A stretch of DNA of 64,000 nt from Nitrososphaeraceae archaeon (GCA_025923455.1 JAICFW010000105.1:458-64457); one strand, 5' to 3'; shown: positions 41,584 to 51,829, numbered from the stretch's first letter. Numbers and translations: made by a program. Notes: generated by a model not told the origin, from the letters alone.

Positions 41584-42806
41584 GGTTTCATTTTTTGGAA
41601 AATTTTCCCACCTCCATTCATTCTATCGATTTTAATTGACTTTTCATCCGGTTTATCTTGTTCAACAAGATGTTTAAATTCTTCGAAAACATACATGCAG
41701 TCATAAGGACCAGGAGATGCTTCTGGATGAAATTGTACCGCAATTATGGGTTTTGACTCATGCTTGATACCTTCAATGGTATTGTCATCAGAGTTAATAT
41801 ACCAAGCTTTAAATCCAGTTTTATTAAGTGTGTTTGCTTTTACCCCGTATCCGTGATTCTGGCTGGTGATAAAGGTTTGATTGGTATTCAGGTCTGTACA
41901 TCCTTTGTTCTGACCTCTATGTCCGAATTTTAATTTGTATGTGTCGCCACCGGCAGCAAGAGCTATGATTTGGTTACCTAGACATATTCCTAGCATTGGT
42001 AATGTTGATTCAAACAGTTTAACAACAGTTTCAATGGTGCTATTGCACATTTTTGGATCTCCGGGACCGTTACTTATTATAACACCCTTTGGATTGTATG
42101 AAATAATCTTGCTGAATGATGTATCCCATGGAACTTGAATAACCCTATAACCCATACTCAAGATATTGCGAATAATACTATATTTCGTACCTGTATCGAT
42201 AAGAACAATAGGTTCCAACGCTCGGTCACCATATTCTACTGTTTTGTCAATGGATACTTGAGACATAAAGTTAAACCCGTCATATTTGGTCTTTTTAATA
42301 GTACTCAACAATTCTTTAGGGTTTATTTCGTTTTTTGAAACAGACAATGCACCATTCATTACTCCCTTTATTCGAATTTTCTTTGTCAAATCACGTGTAT
42401 CGATTCCACTAATACCTGGTATTTTTTCATCATATAGCCACTGATCTAAAGTCTTATGACATTCCCTGTGATTTGCGACACTAGATATCTCATGAACTAT
42501 CAATCCAGAAACTTGAATGCTATCAGATTCAAAATACTTTGGTAATCCATAGCTGTCTTTAATAGAGTTGCTCGGAACTCCATAGTTTCCAATGAGTGGA
42601 TAAGTCAAACAAAGAATTTGTCCTCTATATGATGGATCAGTCAAAGTCTCAGTATAACCCACCATGCCCGTGTTAAAAACGAATTCTCCGCCTACTGTCG
42701 TTGGATAGCCAAAACCTATACCTCGATACATTGACCCGTCTTCTAAAACTATCATCGCATTAAGGCCTATGTGATTAGCATGAATTGTAGGAATTTTGAC
42801 CCTCAT
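41580..42806 (-). CDS. carA: Carbamoyl-phosphate synthase small subunit
   Basis: GEFVFNTGMVGY, TDPSYRGQ, SNGPGDP, GICLGNQ (catalytic Cys) and QFHPEASPGP motifs. Confidence 0.97.
   Translation of the reverse strand: MRVKIPTIHANHIGLNAMIVLEDGSMYRGIGFGYPTTVGGEFVFNTGMVGYTETLTDPSYRGQILCLTYPLIGNYGVPSNSIKDSYGLPKYFESDSIQVSGLIVHEISSVANHRECHKTLDQWLYDEKIPGISGIDTRDLTKKIRIKGVMNGALSVSKNEINPKELLSTIKKTKYDGFNFMSQVSIDKTVEYGDRALEPIVLIDTGTKYSIIRNILSMGYRVIQVPWDTSFSKIISYNPKGVIISNGPGDPKMCNSTIETVVKLFESTLPMLGICLGNQIIALAAGGDTYKLKFGHRGQNKGCTDLNTNQTFITSQNHGYGVKANTLNKTGFKAWYINSDDNTIEGIKHESKPIIAVQFHPEASPGPYDCMYVFEEFKHLVEQDKPDEKSIKIDRMNGGGKIFQKMKP
41609..41615 (-). promoter_or_regulatory. Shine-Dalgarno-like GGAGGTG inside the 3' end of carA, upstream of carB exon 1
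   Basis: Near-perfect anti-16S motif. It lies 7 nt before an in-frame TTT-CCA-AAA and about 25 nt before the ATA that overlaps the carA stop. Confidence 0.5.
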
Positions 42807-42941
42807 AAAGTTGTAAAATATCGAGATTTAAATTTTCCTAAGTTGAATATTGTTTGTAATATATATCCAAAATTTGATTAGGATTTTTATCGGGGCTGGA
42901 TAGGCGAAAAGTTATGGACACGTTAAATGAATTCGTTTTGC

Positions 42942-43439
42942 TTATTTTAGCCAATCGATAGGAATGTCTTGATACAATCCATTTGGCAGGATTCTTCTTA
43001 TAGAAATAGGTAGAACTTTCAAATTCAGTTCTTCTACTGCAATTGAAATAGTATCGTTGAATTTTTTTGAAGAATCAACTAATATCGGTGCACCTAGCGA
43101 CAGCTGTAATGATCTTGAGCCTATTATTCTGGCGCGTTCAAATCGAGTCAATGTTGGGGGGCCTATCAAGACCTGACTATCTTGAGGAGCTATTTCTCTT
43201 GATTCAAAATCCATTTCTGGATAAACTACTACTTCGTCTTTTGGCCTGCCGCTGTTTGATTCTTCGACAGTTTCTAATTTCTCAATTTTGGTTTTTTTAG
43301 ATTTCTTTTCTTTTTCTTGAGGATTCTTCCTTTTTATTTCTGCAGCTTTCTTTACTTTAGACTGTTTTTTCACTTTGACAGGTTTTTTTTCCTTATTTTT
43401 TTCAGAGCTAGAACGTCTTAAAACCAAGAATAAAAGCAA
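42942..43439 (-). CDS. rpoK: DNA-directed RNA polymerase subunit K (Rpo6) with a long Lys-rich N-terminal extension
   Basis: LTRFERARIIGSRSLQLSLGAP...AVEEL...LPISIRR.LPNG. Confidence 0.93.
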   Translation of the reverse strand: MLLFLVLRRSSSEKNKEKKPVKVKKQSKVKKAAEIKRKNPQEKEKKSKKTKIEKLETVEESNSGRPKDEVVVYPEMDFESREIAPQDSQVLIGPPTLTRFERARIIGSRSLQLSLGAPILVDSSKKFNDTISIAVEELNLKVLPISIRRILPNGLYQDIPIDWLK

Positions 43440-43517
43440 AAAAAGTGAATATATAATTAAATGTTGCTAATAAATCAACAAATTAATAGTAATGCAGAAT
43501 TTAGTTTACAAATACAT

Positions 43518-43910
43518 ATGTCCTGGAGCAATCCAAACTCCGTCTCAAGGATTCAAGTGGTGCTAGAGTCTAGAGAAAAAGGGAAAATAATGCTAGAACT
43601 TGTCCGCCATATATCCCCTATCACATTCTCAAAGATCATTAAGGCAATGCCAATTTCAGGAAGACTGCATTTTTTAGACCACAAATTAGGATATGTAGAA
43701 TCGGGATTAACTGTAGGGGCAGAAAAACAGAAATCAACATTTCAGAGAGGGGATCTGGGATTCATGATTTCAAATGGTTCTATTTGTATCGTCTTGCAAG
43801 ATACAAAAGGGTTAAGTATGAACCACATAGGTCACTGTATCGATGATCCATTATTGTTAGAATCAATGGAATCAGGAGAAATCATATTTATAAAGCTGGC
43901 ATCTGGATGA
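43518..43910 (+). CDS. Cyclophilin-like fold protein
   Basis: ORF 43461..43910 with likely ATG at 43518. FQRGDLGF..SNGSICI pattern. Confidence 0.65.
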   Translation: MSWSNPNSVSRIQVVLESREKGKIMLELVRHISPITFSKIIKAMPISGRLHFLDHKLGYVESGLTVGAEKQKSTFQRGDLGFMISNGSICIVLQDTKGLSMNHIGHCIDDPLLLESMESGEIIFIKLASG

Positions 43911-44239
43911 CTAGTATTCTGGTGAGTTGCATATCATCAATATTCCCATCGCTTAAATGTCACTTATTTGAACCAAGTCAAAAAATGATTTGGACAATCG
44001 TTGGGAAGCATCATGAATATTGGATTGATTTGGATTTAGAGTATTGTTCGTGCAATGATTATTATTTTAGAACACTTTCAGGTCAGGGTTTATGCTATCA
44101 TTTAGGTTTCGCTAAAGAAAAAATAAATTCAAAGGTAGATACTATTCACTTTTCTGATTCAGAATATTGTGATTTTGTAAAATCAATAATCAATGATAAT
44201 TACCTCATGATTCTAAATGAAACAGGAGAATTAATTTGA
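43907..44239 (+). CDS. SWIM zinc-finger protein
   Basis: YCSCNDY...LCYH (CxC-xn-CxH). ATGA overlap with the preceding gene. Confidence 0.75.
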   Translation: MTSILVSCISSIFPSLKCHLFEPSQKMIWTIVGKHHEYWIDLDLEYCSCNDYYFRTLSGQGLCYHLGFAKEKINSKVDTIHFSDSEYCDFVKSIINDNYLMILNETGELI

Positions 44240-44278
44240 TTAGTTTAGTTTTGTCGAATTCATATTTAATGATTTGAA

Positions 44279-45583
44279 ATGAAGCATTATGATACGATCT
44301 TGATTGTAGGTTCTGGAGGGAGAGAACATTCCATTGGATGGAAACTGCTACAAGATACAACAAAAAAAATATTTTTTGCTCCAGGAAATGGAGGGACACA
44401 AAATAATATCGAAATAGATTCTAGTGATTTAATGAAACTATGTGAATTTGCAAAACAGAACAATTCTTTTACTATAGTGGGGCCTGAAAAGCCACTTTCG
44501 CTGGGCATTGTTGATTTTTTCGAAAAGAATCAATTGCCCATATTTGGACCCAATAAAAGCGCATCCCGATTAGAATCAAGCAAAGTGTTCTCAAAACTCT
44601 TCATGCGTGAGATGGGAATTCAAACTGCTTCTTTTTCAATATTTTCAGACGCAAGTTCTGCAATAGAGTATGTCAAATCATCCTCCAAGAAAGTAGTTGT
44701 CAAAGTAGATGGACTTGCCGCAGGAAAGGGTGTATACGTATGCGATAGTACTAAATCAGCTATTGATGCGATTCAGAAAATCTTTAACGATAGTGAATTT
44801 ACTGATTCAAGAAATAAGATAATCATCGAAGATAGAATTTACGGAGATGAAGCCTCATTCATCGCTCTATGTGATGGCAAGTCCATAATTCCGATGGCAA
44901 CAAGTCAGGATCACAAGAATATCTTTGATGGAGATAAAGGTCCGAATACTGGGGGAATGGGTAGCTACTCTCCTACGCCTCTTATCACAGAAAAAATAGG
45001 TAATAGGATAATTGAGAAAATAATGAGTCCTACAATAAGGGGCTTAAATGACAGTGGAATTAAATTCAAGGGCTTCCTATATGCAGGAATCATGATAGAA
45101 CGTGGTTCAAATGAACCCTACGTGCTTGAGTTTAATGTAAGAATGGGTGATCCAGAATGCCAATCCATTTTATCAAGAATGGATACTAGTTTGTTAAAAT
45201 ATTTTGAGGCGGCTGTTGATGAAAGGCTTGATTCAATGCCACCAATCAGATGGAAAGACAAACGTTCAGTTTGCATAGTCATGGCTTCAAAAGGTTATCC
45301 TGGGAAGTATCAAACAGGAAAAATCATTCATGGGTTGGACTCTAAATTTGACAATGATACAAATATATTTCATGCAGGAACTAAAAAAAATTCTTCGGGA
45401 GAAATACTCACAAATGGTGGAAGGGTATTATCAATTACTTCCCTGGATGATACACTTGAAGGAGCCAAGAAAAAGTCCTATTCATTAGTATCTAAAATCC
45501 ATTGGGGGAATAACGAGGAGTACTATAGAACGGATATAGCATTAAAAGGTATCAAATACTTGGATTCTATCATCCGTGATTAA
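44279..45583 (+). CDS. purD: Phosphoribosylamine-glycine ligase
   Basis: GSGGREH, APGNGG, VGPE, LESSK, GLAAGKGV, GPNTGGMG, EFNVRMGDPE and TNGGRV motifs. Confidence 0.97.
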   Translation: MKHYDTILIVGSGGREHSIGWKLLQDTTKKIFFAPGNGGTQNNIEIDSSDLMKLCEFAKQNNSFTIVGPEKPLSLGIVDFFEKNQLPIFGPNKSASRLESSKVFSKLFMREMGIQTASFSIFSDASSAIEYVKSSSKKVVVKVDGLAAGKGVYVCDSTKSAIDAIQKIFNDSEFTDSRNKIIIEDRIYGDEASFIALCDGKSIIPMATSQDHKNIFDGDKGPNTGGMGSYSPTPLITEKIGNRIIEKIMSPTIRGLNDSGIKFKGFLYAGIMIERGSNEPYVLEFNVRMGDPECQSILSRMDTSLLKYFEAAVDERLDSMPPIRWKDKRSVCIVMASKGYPGKYQTGKIIHGLDSKFDNDTNIFHAGTKKNSSGEILTNGGRVLSITSLDDTLEGAKKKSYSLVSKIHWGNNEEYYRTDIALKGIKYLDSIIRD

Positions 45584-46132
45584 TATATCTATTTTCTTGT
45601 CAAATTCAAATTTTGGAATAGGGTTTTTCATTACTTGAAAATCATATGCTAAACCAATCGATCTTGAAAAGTTTTTCTGGGCCATGAATTTATCATAGTA
45701 ACCATACCCATAGCCAATTCTATATCCATGGGAATCAAATACAATTCCTGGAACAATTAACAAATCGATAAAATCTAATTTCATATTAGTCTTCTTTGGT
45801 TCTTTAATCCCGAATTTATTTACATCAAACGAATCATGATCATAATCATGTTTTTCCACAATAAAGAAATGAAGTTCATTTATTATTACACGAGGTAACA
45901 TCACTATCTTATCTGATTCTAGTGCATTTCTGATTATATAATCCGTTTGTACTTCTGATCCAATGGGAAGATAGACCCCAATAGATTTGGATTCAATGAA
46001 TTCGGCACTTCCTATGAGCTTCTCTTGGATTAATTTACTCCTCCTGGTAATTTGAGAATCGCTTAAAGAGTTTCTCTTCTGTAGAACCTCTTTTCTTAAT
46101 ATTGATTTTTGTTCTTGATTGCCTAATTTCAT
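45542..46132 (-). CDS. 5-formyltetrahydrofolate cyclo-ligase
   Basis: SEVQT, FGIKEP, DLLIVPGIVFD..GYRIGYGYGYYD motifs. Confidence 0.93.
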   Translation of the reverse strand: MKLGNQEQKSILRKEVLQKRNSLSDSQITRRSKLIQEKLIGSAEFIESKSIGVYLPIGSEVQTDYIIRNALESDKIVMLPRVIINELHFFIVEKHDYDHDSFDVNKFGIKEPKKTNMKLDFIDLLIVPGIVFDSHGYRIGYGYGYYDKFMAQKNFSRSIGLAYDFQVMKNPIPKFEFDKKIDILITDDRIQVFDTF

Positions 46133-46137
46133 TTATA

Positions 46138-46998
46138 TTAATTACTGCTAATCTTGTTTATGATGCTGGCTGCGTGAACTGTATTCTTTAATAGCATTGT
46201 AACAGTCATTGGTCCAACTCCACCAGGAACAGGAGTGATGTAAGCTGCTTTTTCTGAAACGGATTTAAAATCAACATCTCCATGAATCTTTCCATTTATT
46301 CTTGTAATACCAACGTCGAATATTATTGCATTTTCCTTGACCATATCTCCCGTAAGAATAAATTTTTGACGATCTCCAACCGCCGTAATAATGCAATCAA
46401 AGTTTCTTAATTTGTCTTGCATTCCTTTTGATTTTGAATGGAAAAATGTTACAGTTGCATCACGATTCATTAGTAAGATTCCTAAAGGTTTTCCAACCAG
46501 ATTACTTCTATTTATGATGGCCACATCAATCCCTTTAACATCGATGTTGTAAAAATCCAGTAGTTCAAGAATGCCCAAGGGAGTACATGGTACGAGTTTG
46601 GGAGTTCCCTCCAATAAAAGGCCCAAATTGTAAGATGTTAAGCCATCCACGTCTTTTTCATGTCTTACCAAATTGGTGATGGATGTTTCAATTTGATCAG
46701 GTAATGGAAGTTGAATTAGAATTCCATGGACTTTTTCATCATGATTTAATTCTTTAATTGTCTTGGAGAGCTCTTCTTGAGTTATGTTTTGTGGAAGTTT
46801 AAAATCTCGGGTTAGTATTCCAACACTACTTGCGGCAATTTGTTTATTTTTCACATATGTTGCGGACGCTTGATTATCGCCAACTAATACGGTGGCCAAG
46901 CATGGCTTAATTCCTTGGCTTGCTAGTACTGATACCTCTTTTTTAACCATATTTCTGATGTGTTGGGATACTAGCAATCCATCTATTAATTTGCCCAA
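46138..46998 (-). CDS. folD: Bifunctional methylenetetrahydrofolate dehydrogenase/cyclohydrolase
   Basis: YVKNK, GILIQLPLP, KDVDG, PCTP.G, RSNLVGKP and TPVPGGVGPMT motifs. Confidence 0.97.
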   Translation of the reverse strand: MGKLIDGLLVSQHIRNMVKKEVSVLASQGIKPCLATVLVGDNQASATYVKNKQIAASSVGILTRDFKLPQNITQEELSKTIKELNHDEKVHGILIQLPLPDQIETSITNLVRHEKDVDGLTSYNLGLLLEGTPKLVPCTPLGILELLDFYNIDVKGIDVAIINRSNLVGKPLGILLMNRDATVTFFHSKSKGMQDKLRNFDCIITAVGDRQKFILTGDMVKENAIIFDVGITRINGKIHGDVDFKSVSEKAAYITPVPGGVGPMTVTMLLKNTVHAASIINKISSN

Positions 46999-47064
46999 AC
47001 ATTTTAGAAAATCACGACGCCATTTTTTTGCTTTACTGTCAATTACATTATTTTTCCTTCAAAT

Positions 47065-47676
47065 CTAAGTAACGATTACTCTTCTACCTTCAACCAATAG
47101 CCTCTTTTCAGAAAAGAGCTTTACGCAATTTGGGTACAGGATATGCTCCTGTATAAGGATTCTCTCGGATAATGTTTCAAATGTATCATTGTCCAATACA
47201 GCCACGTGTTTCTGTGCGATAACTGGTCCTGAATCCAATCCCTCGTCAACAAAGTGAACAGTACATCCAGTTACTTTTACTCCATAATCCAGCGCTTTTT
47301 TTTGGGAATTGAGTCCAGGAAAAGATGGCAAAAGTGATGGATGTATGTTCATGATGCGCATTTTGTACTTTCTTACAAATTCTGGACTCAAGAGTCGCAT
47401 GTACCCAGCCAAACACACAAGTCCGTTTTCCGGGTTTACATCATATTCTTGCAAAATGTTTATTATCTCACTGTCGTAATCCCAACCTTTTGAATTATTG
47501 GAGACAACCCTTGTTGGAACTCCATATTTTGATGCCTTTTTGAGACCTTCAGCTTCAGGTTTGCTTGAAATTACTATTTTAGGACATATATCTGCAATGT
47601 TATTTTCTTTTAGAAAATTTAATATTGATTCCATATTACTACCTCTACCCGAAATTAGTATTCCAAGGTTTATCAT
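47065..47676 (-). CDS. purN: Phosphoribosylglycinamide formyltransferase
   Basis: ISGRGSNM, LAGYMR, NIHPSLLP.FPG, GCTVHFV and LDSGP motifs. Confidence 0.96.
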   Translation of the reverse strand: MINLGILISGRGSNMESILNFLKENNIADICPKIVISSKPEAEGLKKASKYGVPTRVVSNNSKGWDYDSEIINILQEYDVNPENGLVCLAGYMRLLSPEFVRKYKMRIMNIHPSLLPSFPGLNSQKKALDYGVKVTGCTVHFVDEGLDSGPVIAQKHVAVLDNDTFETLSERILIQEHILYPNCVKLFSEKRLLVEGRRVIVT

Positions 47677-47896
47677 TTGCAGCTAATATGTATGGTTGAG
47701 ATTCTTAAATGTAATGAATTAATTCTAAGAATGGCATTGGTATATCTATTCTCATTGAGCCCATTGAGTAATCATTTGATAACGCTGATGTAAACGTTAC
47801 TAAAAAGGTGTCTCAAGTGTGCATAGATTGATTGCCTATGCATTGAAGAAAGGTGCTGAAATGGAGTTAATTATAGCGATCCAAAAAATAATGTGC

Positions 47897-49144
47897 TTAC
47901 TTCGTATGATTATATCGGAATTTATCTAATTTTATTAGTTCGTGATATGATCCAAACTTTGATACTTCTGCAGTATCTAGCAATGATTCATTTCCATTGG
48001 CACTCTCATCAAAAATTTTGACAATTCGATAAACCGAGTTTCTCTGGGCGGGTACTCTACCTGCAGAGACTATCAAAGATCTTATTTCCTTGGGTTTCAT
48101 TATCTGTCCATATTCAGATCCTGCCGAGGTGGATATGCTTTCGTTAATCAAAGTTCCACCAAAATCATTTACTCCAGCTTCAAGAAGTAGTTGAGACATT
48201 TTTGTACCCTCCTTGACCCAAGATACCTGGATATTATCAATAAAATTGTTGAGCATTATTCTAGAAACCGCGTGCATCTTTATCACGTCCTGACCTGTAG
48301 GACCAGGAGAAATTCCTTTTACTAAATTGTGATTATACATTGGAGCTTCTTTGTGAACAAAACCGAGAGGTACAAATTCAGTAAACCCTCCTGTCTCTTT
48401 CTGAATCGACCTTATCAGTCCTAAATGCTTGGCTATGTGTTCCGTTGTTTCTATATGACCGTACATTATAGTAGATGTAGTAGGAATCTTTAGTTTGTGG
48501 GAGGTCGTAATAACGTTAATCCAATCATCCACGGTGATTCTACCTGGAGAGACTATATCTCTTAAATCCTGATCCAAAATCTCCGCAGCCGTTCCGGGCA
48601 AACTTCCTAATCCCGCCTCTTTTAACAGACTCAAATAGTCCTTCACAGATAATCCTGATCTGGCACATCCATACATTATTTCTTCAGGAGAAAAAGCATG
48701 AATATGTATGTCGGGTAATTCTTTTTTTATCGCTCTGCAAATATCGACGTATAATAAACCATCCATCTTTGGGGGTAGACCTGCTTGGATACAAATTTCA
48801 GTCGCACCCAATTTCCATGCCTCTACCGCTCTCCTAACGACCTCTGTTATCGGAAGAAAATATCCTTCTTCATTTCTAAAATCTCTACTGTAGGCACAGA
48901 AACCGCATCTTTTGATACAAACATTTGTAAAATTGATATTCCTGTTGATAACAAAAGTGACCCTGTCGCCGACTTTATTTCTCCTCAATCTGTCTGCAAC
49001 CATTGTAGTCATGATCATTTCAGTACCTTTTGTTAGCAACAATTCGACAGCTTGTTTTATCGAAATGTTTTTAGAATCAAGGGCCTGATTCAAAGTTTCA
49101 GAGACAACGGGATCTATGTCCTTTAACATAGATTCAAAAATCAA
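47897..49144 (-). CDS. cofH: FO synthase subunit CofH (radical SAM)
   Basis: NINFTNVC...CGFCAY, GSLPGTAAEIL, TSTIMYGH and NIQVSWVK motifs. The TTG start at 49144 forms a TTGA overlap with the cofG stop. Confidence 0.93.
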   Translation of the reverse strand: MIFESMLKDIDPVVSETLNQALDSKNISIKQAVELLLTKGTEMIMTTMVADRLRRNKVGDRVTFVINRNINFTNVCIKRCGFCAYSRDFRNEEGYFLPITEVVRRAVEAWKLGATEICIQAGLPPKMDGLLYVDICRAIKKELPDIHIHAFSPEEIMYGCARSGLSVKDYLSLLKEAGLGSLPGTAAEILDQDLRDIVSPGRITVDDWINVITTSHKLKIPTTSTIMYGHIETTEHIAKHLGLIRSIQKETGGFTEFVPLGFVHKEAPMYNHNLVKGISPGPTGQDVIKMHAVSRIMLNNFIDNIQVSWVKEGTKMSQLLLEAGVNDFGGTLINESISTSAGSEYGQIMKPKEIRSLIVSAGRVPAQRNSVYRIVKIFDESANGNESLLDTAEVSKFGSYHELIKLDKFRYNHTK

Positions 49145-50331
49145 CTTAACTCCTCCTTTACAAGGCCAGAACCATCCGAAAGTGGGGCTATGTAGTTCCA
49201 AAGATTATTTGGAACAAATTCACTTTTGTTCACGAGAAACTCTGGATAGATTGCAAGTCTACCTCTAAAATCATAACCTGCTTTATGAGTTGCCTGTTTA
49301 ACATCCTTAATATCGGGCCATGGCGACTCCGGATTTACAAAATCAATTGTCAATGGAGATATACCTCCCCAGTCATTAATTCCTGAATTAATGTATGTCG
49401 AATAATAGTTAGGACTAAGATTAGGTGGAACCTGAATGTTCATATGGGGCATAATAATTCTTGCCAGAGAAACAGTTAGTAAGAACAAATCTTGTGTTGG
49501 AGGCATAAAGCTCCCCATTTTAGTATTATATTTTGGAACGTGGTTTTGCATTATCACTTCTTGGATATTAGCATACTTTTGATTAATTTCCCTAATTAGT
49601 ATTAAAGAATCAACAATTTCTTCTAACGTTTCCCCAATTCCAATTAACAACCCTGTTGTTATAGGTATTTTTAACTTTCCTGCATTTTCAAGTACTCGAG
49701 TTCTTGCTCTGGGATTTTTACTGGGTGCATATTCATGTGGCATGTTTTTATCTCCAAGTCGTTCACTAGACGTCTCCAGCATACATCCTAGGCTAACATT
49801 CGTTTTCTTTAATAGTGACAATTCATCATAGTTCAATGTGCCTGCATTTGTATGTGGCAACAGTCCAGTTTCTTCTAAAATCAAGTTACTGATCTGGTCT
49901 ACATATTCTATTGTAGTTGAGCAATCATTTTTTCTTAACCATTCTCTATATTCTGGATATTTTTGCTCAGGTCTTTCTCCCGTCACTATTAATGCTTCGG
50001 TACATTTCAATCGTTTACCTTGACTTGCGATGTGTAAAGCCTGTTCCTTTGTGAGAATTGACAAATCAGAATCCGATAACTCTTTTTTGTAAGTGCAGTA
50101 AGAGCAGGTATCCCTGCACAGATTTATCAAATTTATGAATACCTTTCTAGAATATGTAATTAGATCATTTTTGCATTCATCCCTAATTGTTTTCGCTAGC
50201 ATACACAGAGATATTGTATCATATTTTTCTATTAGTTCAAGTACTTCATCTTTACTAATTGGGAAATTCTGTACGTTTTGAACTATGTCATTTATTGTAG
50301 ATAGATTTATTCCATCCAGTTGAGATTTCAA
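49141..50331 (-). CDS. cofG: FO synthase subunit CofG (radical SAM)
   Basis: ITYSRKVF.NL.NLCRDTCSYC, PHTNAG, TTGLLIGIGE, IQVPPNL and DWGGISPLT motifs. Confidence 0.93.
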   Translation of the reverse strand: MKSQLDGINLSTINDIVQNVQNFPISKDEVLELIEKYDTISLCMLAKTIRDECKNDLITYSRKVFINLINLCRDTCSYCTYKKELSDSDLSILTKEQALHIASQGKRLKCTEALIVTGERPEQKYPEYREWLRKNDCSTTIEYVDQISNLILEETGLLPHTNAGTLNYDELSLLKKTNVSLGCMLETSSERLGDKNMPHEYAPSKNPRARTRVLENAGKLKIPITTGLLIGIGETLEEIVDSLILIREINQKYANIQEVIMQNHVPKYNTKMGSFMPPTQDLFLLTVSLARIIMPHMNIQVPPNLSPNYYSTYINSGINDWGGISPLTIDFVNPESPWPDIKDVKQATHKAGYDFRGRLAIYPEFLVNKSEFVPNNLWNYIAPLSDGSGLVKEELS

Positions 50332-50491
50332 TGCCTTAGTAATATTGAAGGACTTTATTATTAATAATTTGTTTCAAGACAATAATATGTATCGTGATTT
50401 CATTCTACAAACAATCCTTACCACTATTTAGCCAAATTGCAAAGGTTGGTTTAGGCATATTGAATTATTTCCCGCACAGTTCGTCTCGATT

Positions 50492-51694
50492 TCATAGGTG
50501 AAATGCGTGCTGCTTTGTACCTACCAAGTAGCTCCTATCACGCCACTTCACCGTTTGATTTGCTTTCAAGGAAAAAGCAGACATCAAGAAACTAGCAGTT
50601 ATTACAGTGCATCCCAATACAAAACCAAGACCATAAATTGATTTTTGTAACAGACCGAAACGAGATTGTACAGTTGCGCAGATTAGAATTACAATTATTG
50701 TCAATATACAGACAATTTCCAAGGCTCCTTTGAGTAGACTCTCTGATAAATAAAGTAAGGAGAGAGGCAGCGTTAGAAATGGTTCCATTAGAATAAAAAA
50801 AATAAAAGCTGTAATCATCATTGCCGATTTTTTCTTCTCCATATGTAATGGTATGATAATACGACGCAATGCATGCCATAATGAACGTGGGTCTCTGGCC
50901 CACAATGCTTCAACATAATTTTCACCTCTGACCAGTCTTAAGTTCATTCCTTGTTCTTTTACCATCCTCCCTAGCGCTCCATCTTCAACTAACTCTTGAC
51001 GTACCTCCTCATGTGTTCCAATTTTCTCGTAATTTGTTTTGGATATTAGGTAAAAACTACCGAAAAAATAACCGATCTTATTATTTGGATTATTTACTCG
51101 AAGAGGTGAATATCTTGAATGTAGAAATACAGAAAGAACGGGCAATGTGACTTTTGTAATAATATCTTGGCACAAAAGTTTGGGTGCTAAAGTGAGTGCA
51201 TCTATCTTATCATGGATCATAGTATTGATTGCTGAAGATAATGCATCTGATCTGTGTACGGTATCAGCATCAGTAAACAAAAGAATTTCCCCAGTTGATT
51301 TTTTGTAACCTTGAAAACATGCCCAGTTCTTTCCAACCCAATCATCTGGTCTGGGTGGACACTTTATTGGTGTCAAAATGTGGTTATTTTTGGACAAATC
51401 TGAGATAATTGAAAATGTATTATCTGTGGAGGAATCATCAACTGCGATTACTTCATAATTGTCGTAGTCTTGAGACAACAATGACTGGAGACACTTGGAT
51501 ATTGCCCGGCCTTCATTCCTTGCGGGCACAATAATGCTAACCATGGGTTTTGATTTTATGCGATATCTTGCTGACCATTCTAGTTTGGGTGACCTTGTAA
51601 TTGACCACGAAATTAAAATCAGAAAATATACCCAACATGCAAGGATTCCAATATTAATTGCTAATATGATACCAAGCGATACTAAAATAATCAA
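50492..51694 (-). CDS. Membrane-bound family 2 glycosyltransferase
   Basis: VSIIVPARNE, VDDSSTD, WVGKNWA, FTDADT and LVEDGALG motifs, with N- and C-terminal TM helices. Confidence 0.92.
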   Translation of the reverse strand: MIILVSLGIILAINIGILACWVYFLILISWSITRSPKLEWSARYRIKSKPMVSIIVPARNEGRAISKCLQSLLSQDYDNYEVIAVDDSSTDNTFSIISDLSKNNHILTPIKCPPRPDDWVGKNWACFQGYKKSTGEILLFTDADTVHRSDALSSAINTMIHDKIDALTLAPKLLCQDIITKVTLPVLSVFLHSRYSPLRVNNPNNKIGYFFGSFYLISKTNYEKIGTHEEVRQELVEDGALGRMVKEQGMNLRLVRGENYVEALWARDPRSLWHALRRIIIPLHMEKKKSAMMITAFIFFILMEPFLTLPLSLLYLSESLLKGALEIVCILTIIVILICATVQSRFGLLQKSIYGLGFVLGCTVITASFLMSAFSLKANQTVKWRDRSYLVGTKQHAFHL

Positions 51695-51829
51695 TTGATA
51701 CCGTTAACATATTCTAAATATAGACTATACGATAGATACTTTCTGGATGAATAACTATTTGACCTTATCAAATTAGTAAAGTCAGACAATGCTGATTAGG
51801 ATTTTATAGTCGAATATATCATTAAAGAA

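Noticed and set aside
41580-41610. Programmed -1 frameshift fusing CarA to CarB
   Set aside because: No in-frame X-XXY-YYZ slippery heptamer in the A/T runs. Cannot be fully excluded but has no support.
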